Origin: Selaginella moellendorffii
Taxonomy: Eukaryota; Plantae; Lycopodiophyta
Reading direction: 5' to 3'
Assembly: GCF_000143415.4 (NCBI RefSeq)
Contig: NW_003314288.1
Location: 1,058,047 to 1,122,046, forward strand
Length of the DNA: 64,000 nucleotides
In this document: positions 1 to 13,700 of the stretch, one piece after another
How the letters are laid out: every line of letters begins with the position of its first letter
How positions within the stretch are numbered: the first letter of the stretch is position 1
The notes under the pieces: generated by a model
Seen by the model: the letters and a program-made list of their open reading frames with translations, nothing else
What the model was told of the DNA's origin: nothing
The model's database searches: none
Program-made: the position numbers and the translations under genes

Positions 1-2457
1 TGTAGGAGCAAGTTTGAGTTGCTTGTGTACTAGATTCCTTAGCTATTTTGCACACAAGAGTGTGGGTCAAACTCAACAAGCCACTAGATGCAAGTGGATA
101 TTAATTGAGCCATTTATATTTGCTCTATGAACTCCTAACACTTCCTTTACTTGAGCTTGCATCCCACTCAAGCATACCAATCTATGATATTAGGAAAGAA
201 AGAGTGTTTGAGATCCTTTACATCCCAAATCTAATGTGGACCTCCTTTACAAAGCATGGGTGACCTTTAGGGAGTTGTGTAAGCTTAAACTTGGGTGTAG
301 GTTTAGGTGGTTCTTTAACCAATAGTTCACCACCTACTTGGATGTTACAAATATGATTGAGGGTATTAAATGTTACCTATTAGCAAGTCTTTTCATATAT
401 TCTCTTCTTACTGCCACAATAGTAGACCATTGATATTAGTTTCTGCCCCTTAGGGCCTACATACTAAATAGACCAAATAGCTAGGTGAAATGCTTGCCAT
501 TTCCAGAATTTACTTATAATTTTTCACATATGTCCTTGGGAATGTCTCTATTCCAAGCATTATATTGTTGGTAAGTCTAGCATGGAAGTGGATAGCTCAC
601 TACCTTTGAATGTTAAGAAGCATCTGCGGGGAATACAAGAAATCCAGCAAAGCCAAAATTTAAGTTATGGTGAGAAGAAAGCAGCAATAAGCTAGTGCCG
701 CAACACTTTTTCCCTTCTATCAATATTTAAAACTCATGTTAATTTAGACTCACAACCTACATCCTTGTTTAATACCACATATAAGATGTCAAATTCACTT
801 TGTTCATCCTTCACATCTTTTTTATCCCCTCCTTTAAGGAAAAAAAGTTAAAAGCATTAACTTAATTCGAACTTGTTGTATTTGTATTCATTCTACCATT
901 TATATTTGGGCTTACTCTATTATTGCATTTGTTTGGCCTTACTATATTAGGGCTAAATATTCTATTCAGACTTGATATACTCGTCCTCACTCCATAATTC
1001 ATATCAATTATCCTCACTCTACTATTATATCCACTCATCTTTACTTTATCGTTGGGGCTGGACTCTCATACCACCTCTAGCCCTTCCTCTGAAGAAAAAA
1101 AGTTTGAAGCATATGGGAGGTTAAACTCACTCTTTTTTGAAGAGCAAAAGGTGAGAAAATTTGAAGAAGAAAAATTATGGAACAAAAAAAGATCTAGAAA
1201 GGAATTTTTAGCAATTTATAAGCAACACTCAAAAAATAATTTATAATAGTTCAAATATAAAAGAAAAAGGTCTATGAATAAAAGTGCATTTCTGTTTCCA
1301 ATCAATTAAGGGTATTGGGATATTTAGGGTTACTCTAAATTCATGAATTTACATTTTGTGTTTAATTTGGAAGCTTATATTTGGTGTCCATAAACTTCTC
1401 AATAGCAATGATACACAAAAGCTCTCAATAATGACAATGGTACATAAAAACTCTTAATAATGACACTCATAAATAAGGACACACATTTAACTTGAAACTC
1501 TAGCCAAATTGACACAAACAAAACAACAAAACAAGATTTTTAACTTCATGCATATACTCAATATCTAAATTAGTATGAAGAGGATAAAAACAGTCAACCT
1601 AAAATTATAAAAATCATAAATGATCGAAGAAAAGGAAATATTGCAAATGAAAAAAAAAATTAGATGGTAGATTAAATGATTAATATTTTCCAAAAACCAC
1701 ACTACATCATCCATAACTTGCTAAAATCAATGTCAAATTATATTCCACATTAATAGAAGATGGCAAAACACCAAGAACAAAAAAAGTATTTAATCACCAT
1801 CTCACATAAGCATAGTAATATGATTCTACCCCACAGAACTAAAAGCTTGATCCAATAAAGTAACATTAGTGACATACTCCTTAATAAATGATAGTGTGGT
1901 TTGGCAAAAAAAGGGAATGCAATGAAGATCAAAAGAAAGAACAAATTTAAACATAGTAATAGCTAAATTCTTGATCTTGCAAAAAATAATGTAAATTTAA
2001 ATTTAAAAGAGAAAGAAAGGAATAAGAACTAAAGCACAATCCCAAACATGAAAGCAAAACATTACTAAAATGCTTTGCCCTCTAGAGATAAATTATAATG
2101 CCCCTCTCTTCCACTAATTCATGATATATATTAATTGGGGTTTAGACTCTTGTTTATATACAAAAATAGATGGATAAAATTTATTCTATTAATTAATAAA
2201 AAAATTTACTATTTAGGATTATTTTTACATAGCAAAGTAGGTCTACTTAGTAGAGTTTTGTAGGCAAACGCTCATGACACGTGGAAAATCACTCTTACAA
2301 TTATGATTGCACCCGGGTCAAAGCTTAATCAATTCTCCAAGCTAGAAACAATAAGTGCAATTTCTTATGTTATTACCTTCCCACACCGGCCCCAAAGGCA
2401 AAGGTGGGAAGTCACACCACAATCGTGGCAAATGGCAAGAGGAGTTTAGAGGTTTGT

Positions 2458-3848
2458 TTACAAGCTCGAGAGCTCGGGCAAAATTCCTTCCTTGGTTGCC
2501 ATCTCGTAAATGGCAATGGCCGCAAGAGCTTTGGCGTCGGCAGTGTACCTCCATAGCTTTCGATACGGTGCCACATGAACCTTGATGAGCTCGCCATGCT
2601 CAACCAGGCCTTGCTCTTGTCCTTGAAGCGCCGAGAGAGCCTGCGTGAAAAGAGTATTAAATTCTTATTCTTCGATGGTCGTGGTACCTCTGGATTTATG
2701 TGACCTCTGTACAGTAACAGTGTTATTTCTTCATCGGAGCCCCCCTGGAGGAAGGGCACAGGAATAAAAAACCACGCACTATAAACAAAAACATTTTACC
2801 GGTGATGGGAACATCTTCTGTCCTGTTTCCTTGTCCAGGAGTGCGGTTAGATCGATCAAATCGGAGGTTTTTATGTGAATTCCTGTCTCCTCCTCAATCT
2901 GTAACCACAAAGATGAGATGGAAACGAAATGCAGGCACAGATACCTCTCTCGCAGCTGTTCCAACAAAATCTCCTGCGTCGTCATCTAACATTCCTGCTG
3001 GTAATTCCAGGATCACACGACCCACTGGAACTCTAGCCTGAGATTTGTTTTTTTTTTTCCATGAGATAGCAGCGAATGAAACAGAAACTTCTTACTTGCT
3101 CGGTGAGAACGACATGTTTCTCCCCTGCGCACTCCAGCAGCATGAGTACAGCCACAGCACCACCTCGACCAAAAACAACCCCAGGAAGCTGTATAGTTTT
3201 TAATCAACAGAAAGAAAGAAAGAAAACACGGCAAGAGATACCTTTGCTCCAGTTTTCTCGTCCACGACGTCCGCTTTGAATTTCACAAATCCCACACGCT
3301 TTCCAAACATATCTACACTCTGCATTCGTCACGCTTAGATCTCAGCTGTTTCCGTGGCAATGAAGTATTTTAGCTCACCTGGATGGTTATTCCTTGAAGA
3401 GAGCATCGAGTACCTCGTTCGTCACTCAAGGAGAGAATGCCTGCCGGACCAGTGATCGTCTTAAGCCACCGTTGGAATGGGATAGATTCCACCGCCGCGC
3501 TATATCGTATCACGGGATCAGCGCTACAACATAGAGATGGAAATATTTTACCTGACTACACTCTCTGGCATTGCAGAAATTCCCGCGACCGAGACGCGCC
3601 TTCCCAGAACCTCAATCTCCACGGAAGCCACATCCACTGTAGGAATCCCCTGAGAGCTCATCGCCGCTCGAATCCTTGTCGTCGAGAAGAACTTCCTATC
3701 GAATCCAGCCAGCTTTTGGTGCTGCGAGTACGTTCTAGCGATCTCTACGCACGCCTGGCCTGGACAGAGATTGAGAAAATCCTAGTAGTTTATCGCTATT
3801 TAAAACACAGCTTACCACGATCAAGGCCGGGCGAAGGCGCAGCGCCAT
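2458..3848 (-). CDS. NUDX14: Nudix hydrolase 14-like ADP-sugar (ADP-glucose) pyrophosphatase, multi-exon, probable plastid transit peptide
   Basis: Manual splicing at GT-AG sites gives MALRLRPALIV..., SAAVESIPFQRWLKTI..., SVDMFGKRVGFVKFKADVVDEKTGAK, LPGVVFGRGGAVAVLMLLE...VVLTEQ, ARVPVGRVILELPAGMLDDDAGDFVGTAARE/IEEETGI (Nudix box), MFPSP/GGSDEEITLLLYRG and HGELIKVHVAPYRKLWRYTADAKALAAIAIYEMA. These are collinear with plant NUDX14 as recalled. Stop at 2458-2460; the start at 3848 is less certain. Confidence 0.9.
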
Positions 3849-4227
3849 CACTTGGAGCGAATGCCCTAGTAGACTACGTTTGAGGTTCGAATCCAGTTTA
3901 TACCAATCAACGGTCACTTTTAATTCTCCCGCGCTCCCAAATATCTCTGGGGGAAGGGATTCGAGCCTGCGACTCTCTGCCGTTACGTACTCTCTCAGTT
4001 AGGCGAGGAGCTGGCTTTGTGGTAGTACCCTAGGCGGCAAAGCCAGCGCCTGTCTTTCTCCTCGGTCCTGTGGCCGGGCTCTGGATCTGAGGCCCGATCG
4101 GTCGATTCGCGTTGCGGCGAGGTAAGATTTTGCCAATGGCACTGTTGTGCGAGTCTCGGAGATCCAGGATTTGTGCAGGCATCGGCGTTCTTGAAATGGT
4201 GTGTTCTTGAATCCTGATCGACGCGGC

Positions 4228-6424
4228 ATGGATTCGGCGGAGGTGAAAGACGATGCGGCGGCGGGGACGGCGGCAGCGCCAGCGCAAGATGAGAAGACAG
4301 AGGTCGCCAAGGACTTTTTCGTGTCCGAGGGAGAATCCGCGGGGGATGCTGGTTCGAAGAACGAAGAGGAGGGCACTCTGAAAGATTTTCCGGAAGAAGA
4401 GCTGGATTCTCGGAAGGAGGAGGTGAATCTTTCGGAATCGTTGGAAGGGGTCGCTGATGAAAAGAAGGGAGGGGTGGATTGGCCGGAAAAAGCTGCCGCC
4501 TTGAAGAATTTCGTCAAAGAAAGAGGGATCGTCGTCTCCAAGGTGATCCGGAGGTTGTCCGGGAAGAAAGAAGATCTGGAACAGGCAGTGGAGACACATA
4601 GTAGCGAGGACCCAGTGAAGCCGGACGAGAAGAAACAACGATGGCCCACGCTAAGCTTTCTCAAGCCCAACGTTCCGAATGAGCAAGAGCCAATGGGGAA
4701 ATCTATCAGTGAATTCGAGGATGAGATGAGCGTGACGGGGAGAATTACGCTCTTTTCCAAGTCAGGTTGCCCGGACTCCAAGGCTGTCCGGTCGTTCCTG
4801 AGGATAAAGCACCTCCCGTTCGTAGAGATCAACCTGGATTTGTTCCCTCAGCGAGGCTTGGATCTGGAGGAGAGGACTGGAACATCGTCTGTTCCACAGC
4901 TTTTCTTCAACGACGAGCTTGTGGGTGGTATGGAGGAGCTCAATCTGTTGCAGCAAAACGGAGAGCTCGATGAGAAAATCCAAAAGGTGAAGGAGAATCC
5001 ATGCCCAGAATCGGCTCCAGGTCTTCCGGTTCACTCTGAAGAGGAATCGGAAAATGCGGTTCCAGACGAGTTTGCGGAGGTTGTCCAGAAACTCAGAGAG
5101 AAGGTCCAGCTCAAAGACAGGTTCCTCAAGCTTCGTCTCTACAGCAAATGCTTTCTAGGCTCGGATGCAGTGGAGGTTTTTGCGGAAGATCAGTACTGTG
5201 AAAGAGACGAGGTTCGTGTGTTCTTCATTAGATTTCTAGTCGTTGCTTACCTATATATATGTTTTGCAGGCTGTTGAATTTGGAAGGAAAGTTGCAGCAA
5301 AACACTTCTTCCATCACGTTGCACAGTACGTCTCTGTGACTTTGTTTTCTCTTTCTTTTTTCTCCTTATTCCTTTTTTTTTTAGTGAGAACTTGTTTGAG
5401 GATGGTAACAACTTGTACCGCTTCTTCGAACATGATCCTGCTATTGCTACCAAGTGCCTGAACTTTTTCGGTGCTACAAACGACTTGGAACCGAAACCAG
5501 CTGCCGACGTTGCCAAGAAGCTCATGACTCTGATCCTTGCAACCTATGATCGTTACATCTCCGACGATGGAAAGCATGTCAACTACTATGCTATCGCGGC
5601 AAGTGAAGAGTTCCGAAGGTTGGCTGGTTTTGCCGAAAAAAAATTCTTTATGCTAACGAGATTTCTTGCGTTTTATAGATATGTGAAACTGACTGAAGAG
5701 CTTCACCGGATCGATTTAACAACGCTTACCAGAGAAGAGAAGCTGTCCTTCTTCCTGAACATTCACAATGCGATGGTCATCCATTCCTTCATCCTGTATG
5801 GCCGTCCCAATGGAGCGCTGGAAAGACGAACGTACTTCGCAGAAATCCAGTACGTGATTGGCGGGTATGCATACTCTCTTTCGGCAATTCAAAACGGGAT
5901 TCTTCGTGCGAATCAGAGACCGCCATACACACTGACCAAAATCTTTGGCGCAAAAGACCCGCGTCTCCAGGTAACTCCAGCTGATTCTTCTGCGATCGAA
6001 GCTTACTCGTATCAACAGGTCGGACTGGAAAAGCCAGAACCACTGGTCCACTTTGCACTCTCGTATGGAACCCAGGGCAGCCCAGCGATCCGGTGCTACT
6101 CCCCGGAAGGAATCGACGCGGAGCTGCGGATCGCCGCGCGAGACTTCTTTGACAGCGGTGGGATCACGATCGACTCGGAAGCTAGGACCGTGTCCCTCAG
6201 CAAGATCATGAAGTGGTAACTGGGAAAACTTGTATCGATTTCCATTTCACTCACTCTCCATCCGCTCCAGGTATAGCAGCGATTTCGGGAAGAACGAGAG
6301 GGAAGTGCTGCACTGGATCGCCAAGCACATCAATCCGACCAAAGCCGAGCACCTCCTCAGCCTGCTCGAGGATTCCAACGTCCGAGTGAACTACTTTCCA
6401 TTCGACTGGTCTCCAAACATCTAG
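4228..6424 (+). CDS. Glutaredoxin + DEP + DUF547 domain protein (6 exons)
   Basis: Exons 4228-5211, 5270-5325, 5385-5618, 5679-5970, 6019-6215 and 6271-6424, all with GT-AG introns. Motifs: Grx-like GRITLFSKSGCPDSKAV...TGTSSVPQLFFN; DEP-like CFLGSDAVE...HENLFEDGNNLYRF; DUF547 KLSFFLNIHNAMVIH...EPLVHFAL. Confidence 0.92.
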
Positions 6425-6667
6425 GAGGAGAAAGCGAGCTGGTGGAGTGTTTCTTTCAAGTAAGAAATCGTCCCATGCAATGCAATGGAATGTCGTTAGA
6501 GCGATTTTTTTTAGCTAGAAATAAATGTATGTCCGAAGTTAACAGCACTGTGTTCTATGGTTAAAAACTATTATTTTCTCTTTTTGGTGGTTTGTATCTG
6601 CGGGGCGGTGGAATGGAGAATGGAAGAGGCTTGTAGCGCGCAAGGGCTAGGGCGGCGCTGATCGGCA

Positions 6668-7779
6668 ATGGCGAGCTCCGCGATCAGCCGCGAGGTAGGC
6701 TCCTGTAATCTTTGCTTGCGCACTCGATCCATCATCGCGGCGCAGCTTGTGGCGCGTTCTTGGATGATGATCATCGATCGCCGTGAATGACCTAGAATCT
6801 TTGTCTCGGTTTCTTGCTCCAGCTAGGGATGCGCTTGCTTTGCTCGCCTGGATCGTCCAGCATTTTCGTCCGAGCTGCCAGGTGTAGTGGGCCTTCTTTT
6901 TTCTTCTCACTTTTTCTACTTTCTTTGTGGCAGTGTCGCGTTTGGGCTTGGATTTCCTTTCTACCTGAGCTTCAAAGCGCTCGAGAAGAAGTGTCAAGAG
7001 GATCAAGAGCAATGGCTTGTTTACTGGTCAGGTATGAATCGTGAGCGAAGAAAAAAAGGAAAGGAAGTCTATATCGTCTTGCTCTGGCATGATTTAAATC
7101 TTTGATTCGACTCGCAGTGTACGCGTGCTTCAATCTCGTGGAGAAGTTTACAGACAAGTTGATATCATGGTACTTTTTTTTTTCTATGGATATTTACGAG
7201 TTCTCAATTCTTTCCAGGTTTCCCTTCTACCATCATGCAAAGCTCGCATTTCTGATGTGGCTCCAGCTACCAAACAACTATGTAAGTGGTGTTCACAGTT
7301 TTCGTGCCCTTCCCTGCGTGATCTCATGTCGAAATGGTTTTGGCAGGGCGTAAAGTATCTGTACTTCAACTACGTGCGCCACTTCCTTGTCAAGCACCAA
7401 GCTCGATTGGACCGAATTGTTGATGCCAGCAGGAACGACATGGTTAGTGCGTGCGTGCGTGCGACAAAGATTAGGAAAAGAAAACCAGAGAGGAAGGAAA
7501 ACAAAGCTTTCAAACCGCGCTTTGTCTGACACTGCTGTGTGATGGTGTGTGTGACAGAACAATTTTGTGACTGCACACCACAGGGAGATTCAAGCGATTG
7601 GAAATGTCGTGCACAAGTTCGTCATGTCTGGTAATGCTCTTATGTTGGCTTTCATGGCTCGTTTTAACATCTGTGGCTCCTCAGCCTACCGGACTGTAGA
7701 GGAAACCGTGCGTTTCACACTCTACACTCCGTCGGACAGATCTCTGCCCGAGGACGATCCCTGTGAAGGACATGCTTGA
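6668..7779 (+). CDS. HVA22-like (TB2/DP1/REEP family) protein, HVA22k-type, 8 exons
   Basis: Spliced product: MASSAISRE / LGMRLLCSPGSSSIFVRAA / SVAFGLGFPFYLSFKALE...QWLVYWS / VYACFNLVEKFTDKLISW / FPFYHHAKLAFLMWLQLPNNY / GVKYLYFNYVRHFL... Splice sites are canonical; TGA ends at 7779. Confidence 0.88.
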
Positions 7780-8629
7780 CTCCACAGCAATTTTGGTTAA
7801 TTCTAAATCTTTTTAACTTTTTCTTGTAACCTCTTTCGCCTACGCTGTCATAAGCTACATTGGCCGGTCGCCAAAGCGTTTCAGGATGTCCGGAAAGATC
7901 TCGCAACGCTGGACCTGGAAATCGCGGAGCTATGAGAGGTGACGTGGTGAGACAGGGATCAAAATGCTTTTTTATAATAGCTAAGCATAATATTCGGGCT
8001 GTACATTTCTCAACAAGCTAAGCTGTAGCATTCGTGTTGAAGAAGCTAATTTTGCAAATACGAGAAAAACATAAGATAAATTGATCACAAAAGTACAAAG
8101 AAATTTAAGTATTACCTCCTCAGATGGAGGACCATCATCAAACTCCTGTGGCAGACATCACCAGAACAGTTTCCTGTTGGTTGCATCTGGAATCATATTC
8201 AATGGAGAATCCCTGAAGATACAAAACAATCAGACAAGCGAAACAAGCCAACATAAGAGTATTGTGGCCTCTTGAATGTTGGCTTCTTGCCATGGGGCAA
8301 GCATTGTGAGAGCGGATTTCGTTCAGCATAGGCTTTCTGTGCCTCCTCCAGCCGCTTTCCCTTGAGGTAAGCAGGGAATTCTAAAACATCTGGCGAGGAA
8401 AATATGTCCGAGAAACAGATGAGAATTATTTGCTTACATCTCTATCGTAACGAAATCTTTCAATTGGATAAATCCCATATTCCTTGTCTCTTTTATTTAC
8501 AGCATCGACTTTCTTCTCAGCTAACAGGTTCAATTAAAATTACAAACCCTAGGTTCATTTTTATAAAAGAGTTCCTTTTATCTGATGGTTCATTTCAAAT
8601 ATTAAGTAACAAACAGCGATGGTGAGCAA

Positions 8630-8631
<2 letters not shown>

Positions 8632-8666
<35 letters not shown>
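8632..8666. repeat. (CT)n microsatellite
   Basis: Uninterrupted CT dinucleotide run. Confidence 0.95.
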
Positions 8667-8668
<2 letters not shown>

Positions 8669-9899
8669 CTTTTTGGGCTGACAACATCTTCATTCTGCAA
8701 GTAAAGAGTCCATCACTCTTGGAAACATTAGTTACCTCTTTCAGCTTTTGAAACAATGTCTGCAGCAAGGTGAGAAAGAAATCTGCAAGTTAAAACACGT
8801 TTCCCCAATATGCAGATATGCCTTAAACTAGGGGCAGTACCTCCTTGTCTCCTTCTCTGTCAACCAGAGAAAATGAAACACCTGTGCTCTCAACATTTGT
8901 CCTGATATATTGTCTCCTAAGCTTTGATGGGCTTCTGGCTTAACTGCTTCAAGCTTGTTTATATCTTGGGACCTGTCTTTGGCATGAGGCATTTCCTACC
9001 TTACTAAAACATCCCTGGTATGATCACTACCAACTGTAAGCAAGCTTTTTATATTTTGCATTCTTGCACATATCAGGAACTGCTGGGAGAAGACATAGAT
9101 GAAGCATCTTTACCTATGTTTTGAATTCATATCATGCTATTCTTGGACAGGAAATAATAGAGTGTTATGAACAAATTTTGCGGTGATTATGGACTGGACA
9201 AGATGAACTACTGGAGGATAAATCCCATGCCATGGTAAGTAGAGTTTGTTTTTCTTGTTATTTTGTACCTGGATTGACTAAGATCACCTTGTCCAACTTG
9301 ATAAAAGCATGATACTCTTCTGGCCAAAATTCTTTGTGGTTGGATCTGGAGCCAGTGCCTATGTTGCTGACCAGGGACAGTGCCATATACAATCTGAAGA
9401 GAGATAACAGTCCTTTTTCATCAAGTCTTTTTAATGATTGACTCCAAACTTGGTGCTAGGCAATATAACAAAATCATTGGATGTGTATAAGGCACACACA
9501 TGTGCAAACCTTGTGAAACGGTTCGAGAAAGATTTAATTCTTGTAAGTATGTTTTTCTCACTTATGGTCATGCATGGGCTTTTCATCTTGCCACATATGC
9601 ATATTTTTCCAACTTAGTGCCATGTATGGAGTTACAACTTAGCTTCTTTGCCACATCAGCAAGTCACATGGATGGGTTTAGGGTTTACAAGTGAGAAGTA
9701 CATGAACCCATTTTCATCATATTTAGTGTGCTGTGAGCTTCACACCTTGTTGTTGTGGATCACTTCGGCAAGAATCATGGACAAGGCCTTACAAATCATT
9801 GGAAGGCTACAATATGAGGGATTTAGCCATATGAATTAGTGTCGATAGATGCACATTGTATCGCCATCTTAAGAGCATAGGCTGGAAAGGGGTCTATCT

Positions 9900-10760
9900 A
9901 GTCAAGAGTGTAATTGAGGTTGAAGAGCTTCTTTGAGAGCTTCTTCTGCAACATGAGAAATTTAGGAAATTAAGAGATGCAAGATATAAAATTGGGTGTG
10001 AGGTGATAAGATCTGCATTGACCCATATTTACCTAGAATGAGTTGCACAAAAGAGACTAAAGCCAATTCCCCACATGCATTTCAATGTGAAGTCACTCAT
10101 GGAGCTCTAATGCATTGATAGTAAGTGTCTCCTACTACATTAAATAAATTCTTGACTTAACTTCCTTTTTGCAGCTTTTTGCTTGGGGCATCTACTTATA
10201 CAAAATTATCAATTCTAGTATATGTTTAAAGAGCATATGAAAAATGTTTCATATATAGTTTTGTTAATTTATATAGGGATGCACTACATTGCAAGCATGC
10301 TTGTGTCAATGAATAAGAGAGCTTTAACTCTTTATGAATACTACCACAGAGCAATAGTACAATTTGGTTGGCCGAAATGCATATGTGGTGATTGGGTAAG
10401 GGAGTTCAATGAAATAAAGATAGATTTGACAAATGCATAGGAGGGGAGTTCTATGTTTTTGCATGGTTCCTTAGTTCATAACTAGGTAAAACTTGGACCT
10501 TTCTATGTAGATGTGGTAATGACAACATTATATTTGCAGAGGATCAAGCACTTTTAGAGGGAAATATGGTGCAAAGTAGCTTGGTACTTCAAAACATTAG
10601 TATTGACTATAAAGTGCCATAATATGATTTACATAAGGGATGATTGGTAGGCATATAGCTTATATGATATATTTTATACTGATTTCTCATAACAGTTTGA
10701 AGAGCATATAAACACATGAAACTTGCACATAATGCACATTATCACAAAGAGGCTATACTC
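9900..10760 (+). pseudogene. Degraded integrase-core (IS3EU-like) DDE transposase
   Basis: Translation with stops: ...MNKRALTLYEYYHRAIVQFGWPKCICGDWVREF...FLHGSLVHN* / RIKHF*REIWCKVAWYFK...QFEEHINT*NLH. This fits the pattern nrA.tv..F..Av..yG.P..vr.D.G.EN...G.S.HNqRIERlW...WN.H. Confidence 0.55.
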
Positions 10761-13700
10761 AACATATGTTGCAACTAGACTCTTCCAACCCAATAAGTGT
10801 AAGGCAAGGTGATGATCAATTTCACTGTTTAACACCTTTAACTTTTGTTTCTTGTAGTATAATCATGCCTCTCACAACAAAAGACATTGAGCCAATGATG
10901 AAGTTTATCTCCAATACGCCTTGATGAAGTATGTAAATATAAATTCATTCATGCATTGAGTTATTTTTTTGTAGGAGTTATTATACCTTTGAATAACATG
11001 TGCCAAAGCAATATGGAAGGCCTAGAGTTTGATCAAAAGGTTTTATTGCATCATGCACTCACATTGAAGGTTGGACAAGCGTCCCACATCACCCTTCTTG
11101 TGCATATGTACTTGGAACATCCCATTAGGTTCCCAAGACTACTTACACAATAAATGGAAATATACATGATACTACTTGAAGCTATATATAGGCCATGATA
11201 TATGTAAAAAGCATCTCTTGACATATTTATAAGTGTCACACACATAACAAAAATTGTTGCCATATAAACTTGCAAAACTATTGTTACATAAATTTTGCCA
11301 CAAATATAGGCCTCTATATACTATCTCTTTCTTAAACCAGTTAACATTCACCAAAGGCATACCTTCATTTGTATGCAAACTGCTTCATATTATAATAGTG
11401 ATTCTCAACCTTTATGGTGGATAGGCAAGTCCCAGCCTTGGTAAGGCATGGCTCCATGTGTTAGTGTTCATCATCATCATTGCCACCTCAAAAAGGCTAG
11501 CACTCTCTAATTGCAAACACATAACCACTTTTGGCCATTAAAATATTTGTCTCTACACTTGAATGCTTGCAAGCAAATATTGAGAGATGTAATGAATTTT
11601 GAAAGTGTGAGGCTTACCTTCTATAAAGCAGATATATATATGTCATCTATGATGTCCATAAACTGAGTGTTGGTGTGGTGGATATTGTGCAATGGCAAAA
11701 GGTTACACATAGAGTATTTACAACTACCTTCGACTCCACAAAGAATATGCAATGCACAATAGATTTGATTATGTTCTCAAGCATCTACTAGTATCTAGGA
11801 GCCTGAGTAGGTTTTAAGCTCACAAGCTAAGCTCATGACTTCTCAAACACAGAAAAAAGATTGGTTTGTCCTGAACTAATATTTTTTCATCTTTCAAATT
11901 TTGATTTAATCTATATTTCCAAGTAAATTTGACTAATAAAATACAAATATAAATATAGATCTGAACACCAAAAACAATCTAAAAACACTTTTGAAGCTCC
12001 ACAATTGTAAAATGGATATGATGGTCAATCTTAGGATCTTGGTTCAATTCCTACATAAAAATGTAATAGATATGCTTGTAGGTTAAATAAACCTTTACCT
12101 TGTTCTCCCTCTATGTGAAATTTGGATAGGCACAAAATGGATTTTTATAGATTCGTATAATGTAGTTAGCACTTTTTGACTACTTGATTACAATAATGAA
12201 CTCTTTAACTATGGCATTGATGTAATTTGTTCTTGTGATTGTGCAGTTCAACTCCTTTGCCAACTTAATCTTTTATTACACACCTTTTGAAATGGAAGAC
12301 TTATATTGTACAACCTTCCTATTTCTAGCTGGTTGTATATGCCAGTCTAATGTTGACATCGGTAGCATAGTAGCATTAATAACAACATTTGAGAAAGTTT
12401 TCAACTTGAAACTTGCTCTTTCTAGATTTTCAATCTCTTTTGTCAAAAGATTGCAACTTTGCTCAATTAGCCACTCCTCTGGCATAGAATTTGACTTTAA
12501 GATAATTGAGTTGTGGATTTGGCTCACAATAATAAATCTAACTTGACTAGTAGCCTTTCACCCTTAGATCTTGATAGCCCCAAAAGCATGGCACTACTGA
12601 AGAACTCAAGCCTAAACACATAAATATGAGACATTGATCTTGACTCCTAATCATTCTGGAGCAATGTGTACTACTTTTGGCACTAACTTTTTAAATTACC
12701 TAGTTGATATGAAAAATTAGCTTAGGAGCAATAACTTTCTCAATCTCTAGCACTAAATCTACTTATGTAACAACAAGCACCTCCTCCACTCCATGTTCTT
12801 TAGTTCTTCTCTAGTGTCATAGAATAAAATGGTAGGTAAACTTTAGATAGTGAGAGTTGGAAGGAGTGATGTCGAGCCCATCAAATGTCTATTTATGCTT
12901 CATATAGACTGTCCTCATGTCCCCTCTTACATTACAAAGTTACAACAACAACTTTGTCCACCATCTTAGACATTGACTATTGACCTCGCTGCTGATATTA
13001 TCCTTCTACCAACCTGCTCTCGAAACTTGTTTTACCAGTTCGATCTATATCAGCAAACCTTGCTTCCTATGCAGCTAAATCTTTTGATGATTACTCGAGA
13101 GATGTAGTGAGGTCAAGAGAGTATTATTAGTGACAACATAGAGTTAAATATTAATTTTATACCTGTTTAATTTATCATGGGTTCTATATTTCGAAGCAAA
13201 TCCTTCAAGTTGTTTTCTATAAACTCTTTTTTTGTGAAATATGTCCACCATATAGCCCTTTAGTACAAACTTTTAAACACACTTTGGAGTTATAACACTT
13301 TTTTTCCCAGCCTTTGTAGCAATGGTAGCCTTCAAATTGTAAAGATCATAGCAAATTCCCTCATGGACAAGTCGGGGGCCACACCATCCACATGCCTTTA
13401 ATGCATGTTGGTGGTGTTTAACATGCATTGCTACTCTATGTAAACAACCATCCCATAGTAGAATGTTATACATCCTTACATGATAACATGCTCCACATAT
13501 AGATGTTGTCCTATATTTACAACATTTAAACCTTGTAACAACCTTGTCATGCCGGGTGCAAACTACTTTTAAGCTCACGAGCTAAAGAGTTGAGCTCTCG
13601 AGTTGAACTCAATTTTCAATTATAATTTAATACAAACANNNNNNNNNNNNNNNNNNNNNNNNNNNNNNNNNNNNNNNNNNNNNNNNNNNNNNNNNNNNNN

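Noticed and set aside
3999-4832. 277-aa antisense ORF (and 4030-4638)
   Set aside because: Shadow frames of the GC-rich first exon of the Grx/DEP/DUF547 gene; no domain.
8080-9420. Possible exon fragments downstream of the HVA22-like gene
   Set aside because: Splice-like signals are present, but I could not assemble a consistent frame or recognise a product.
12235-13578. Short ORFs (12276-12527; Cys-rich 13273-13578)
   Set aside because: Probably decayed transposon sequence, but I could not assign a family.
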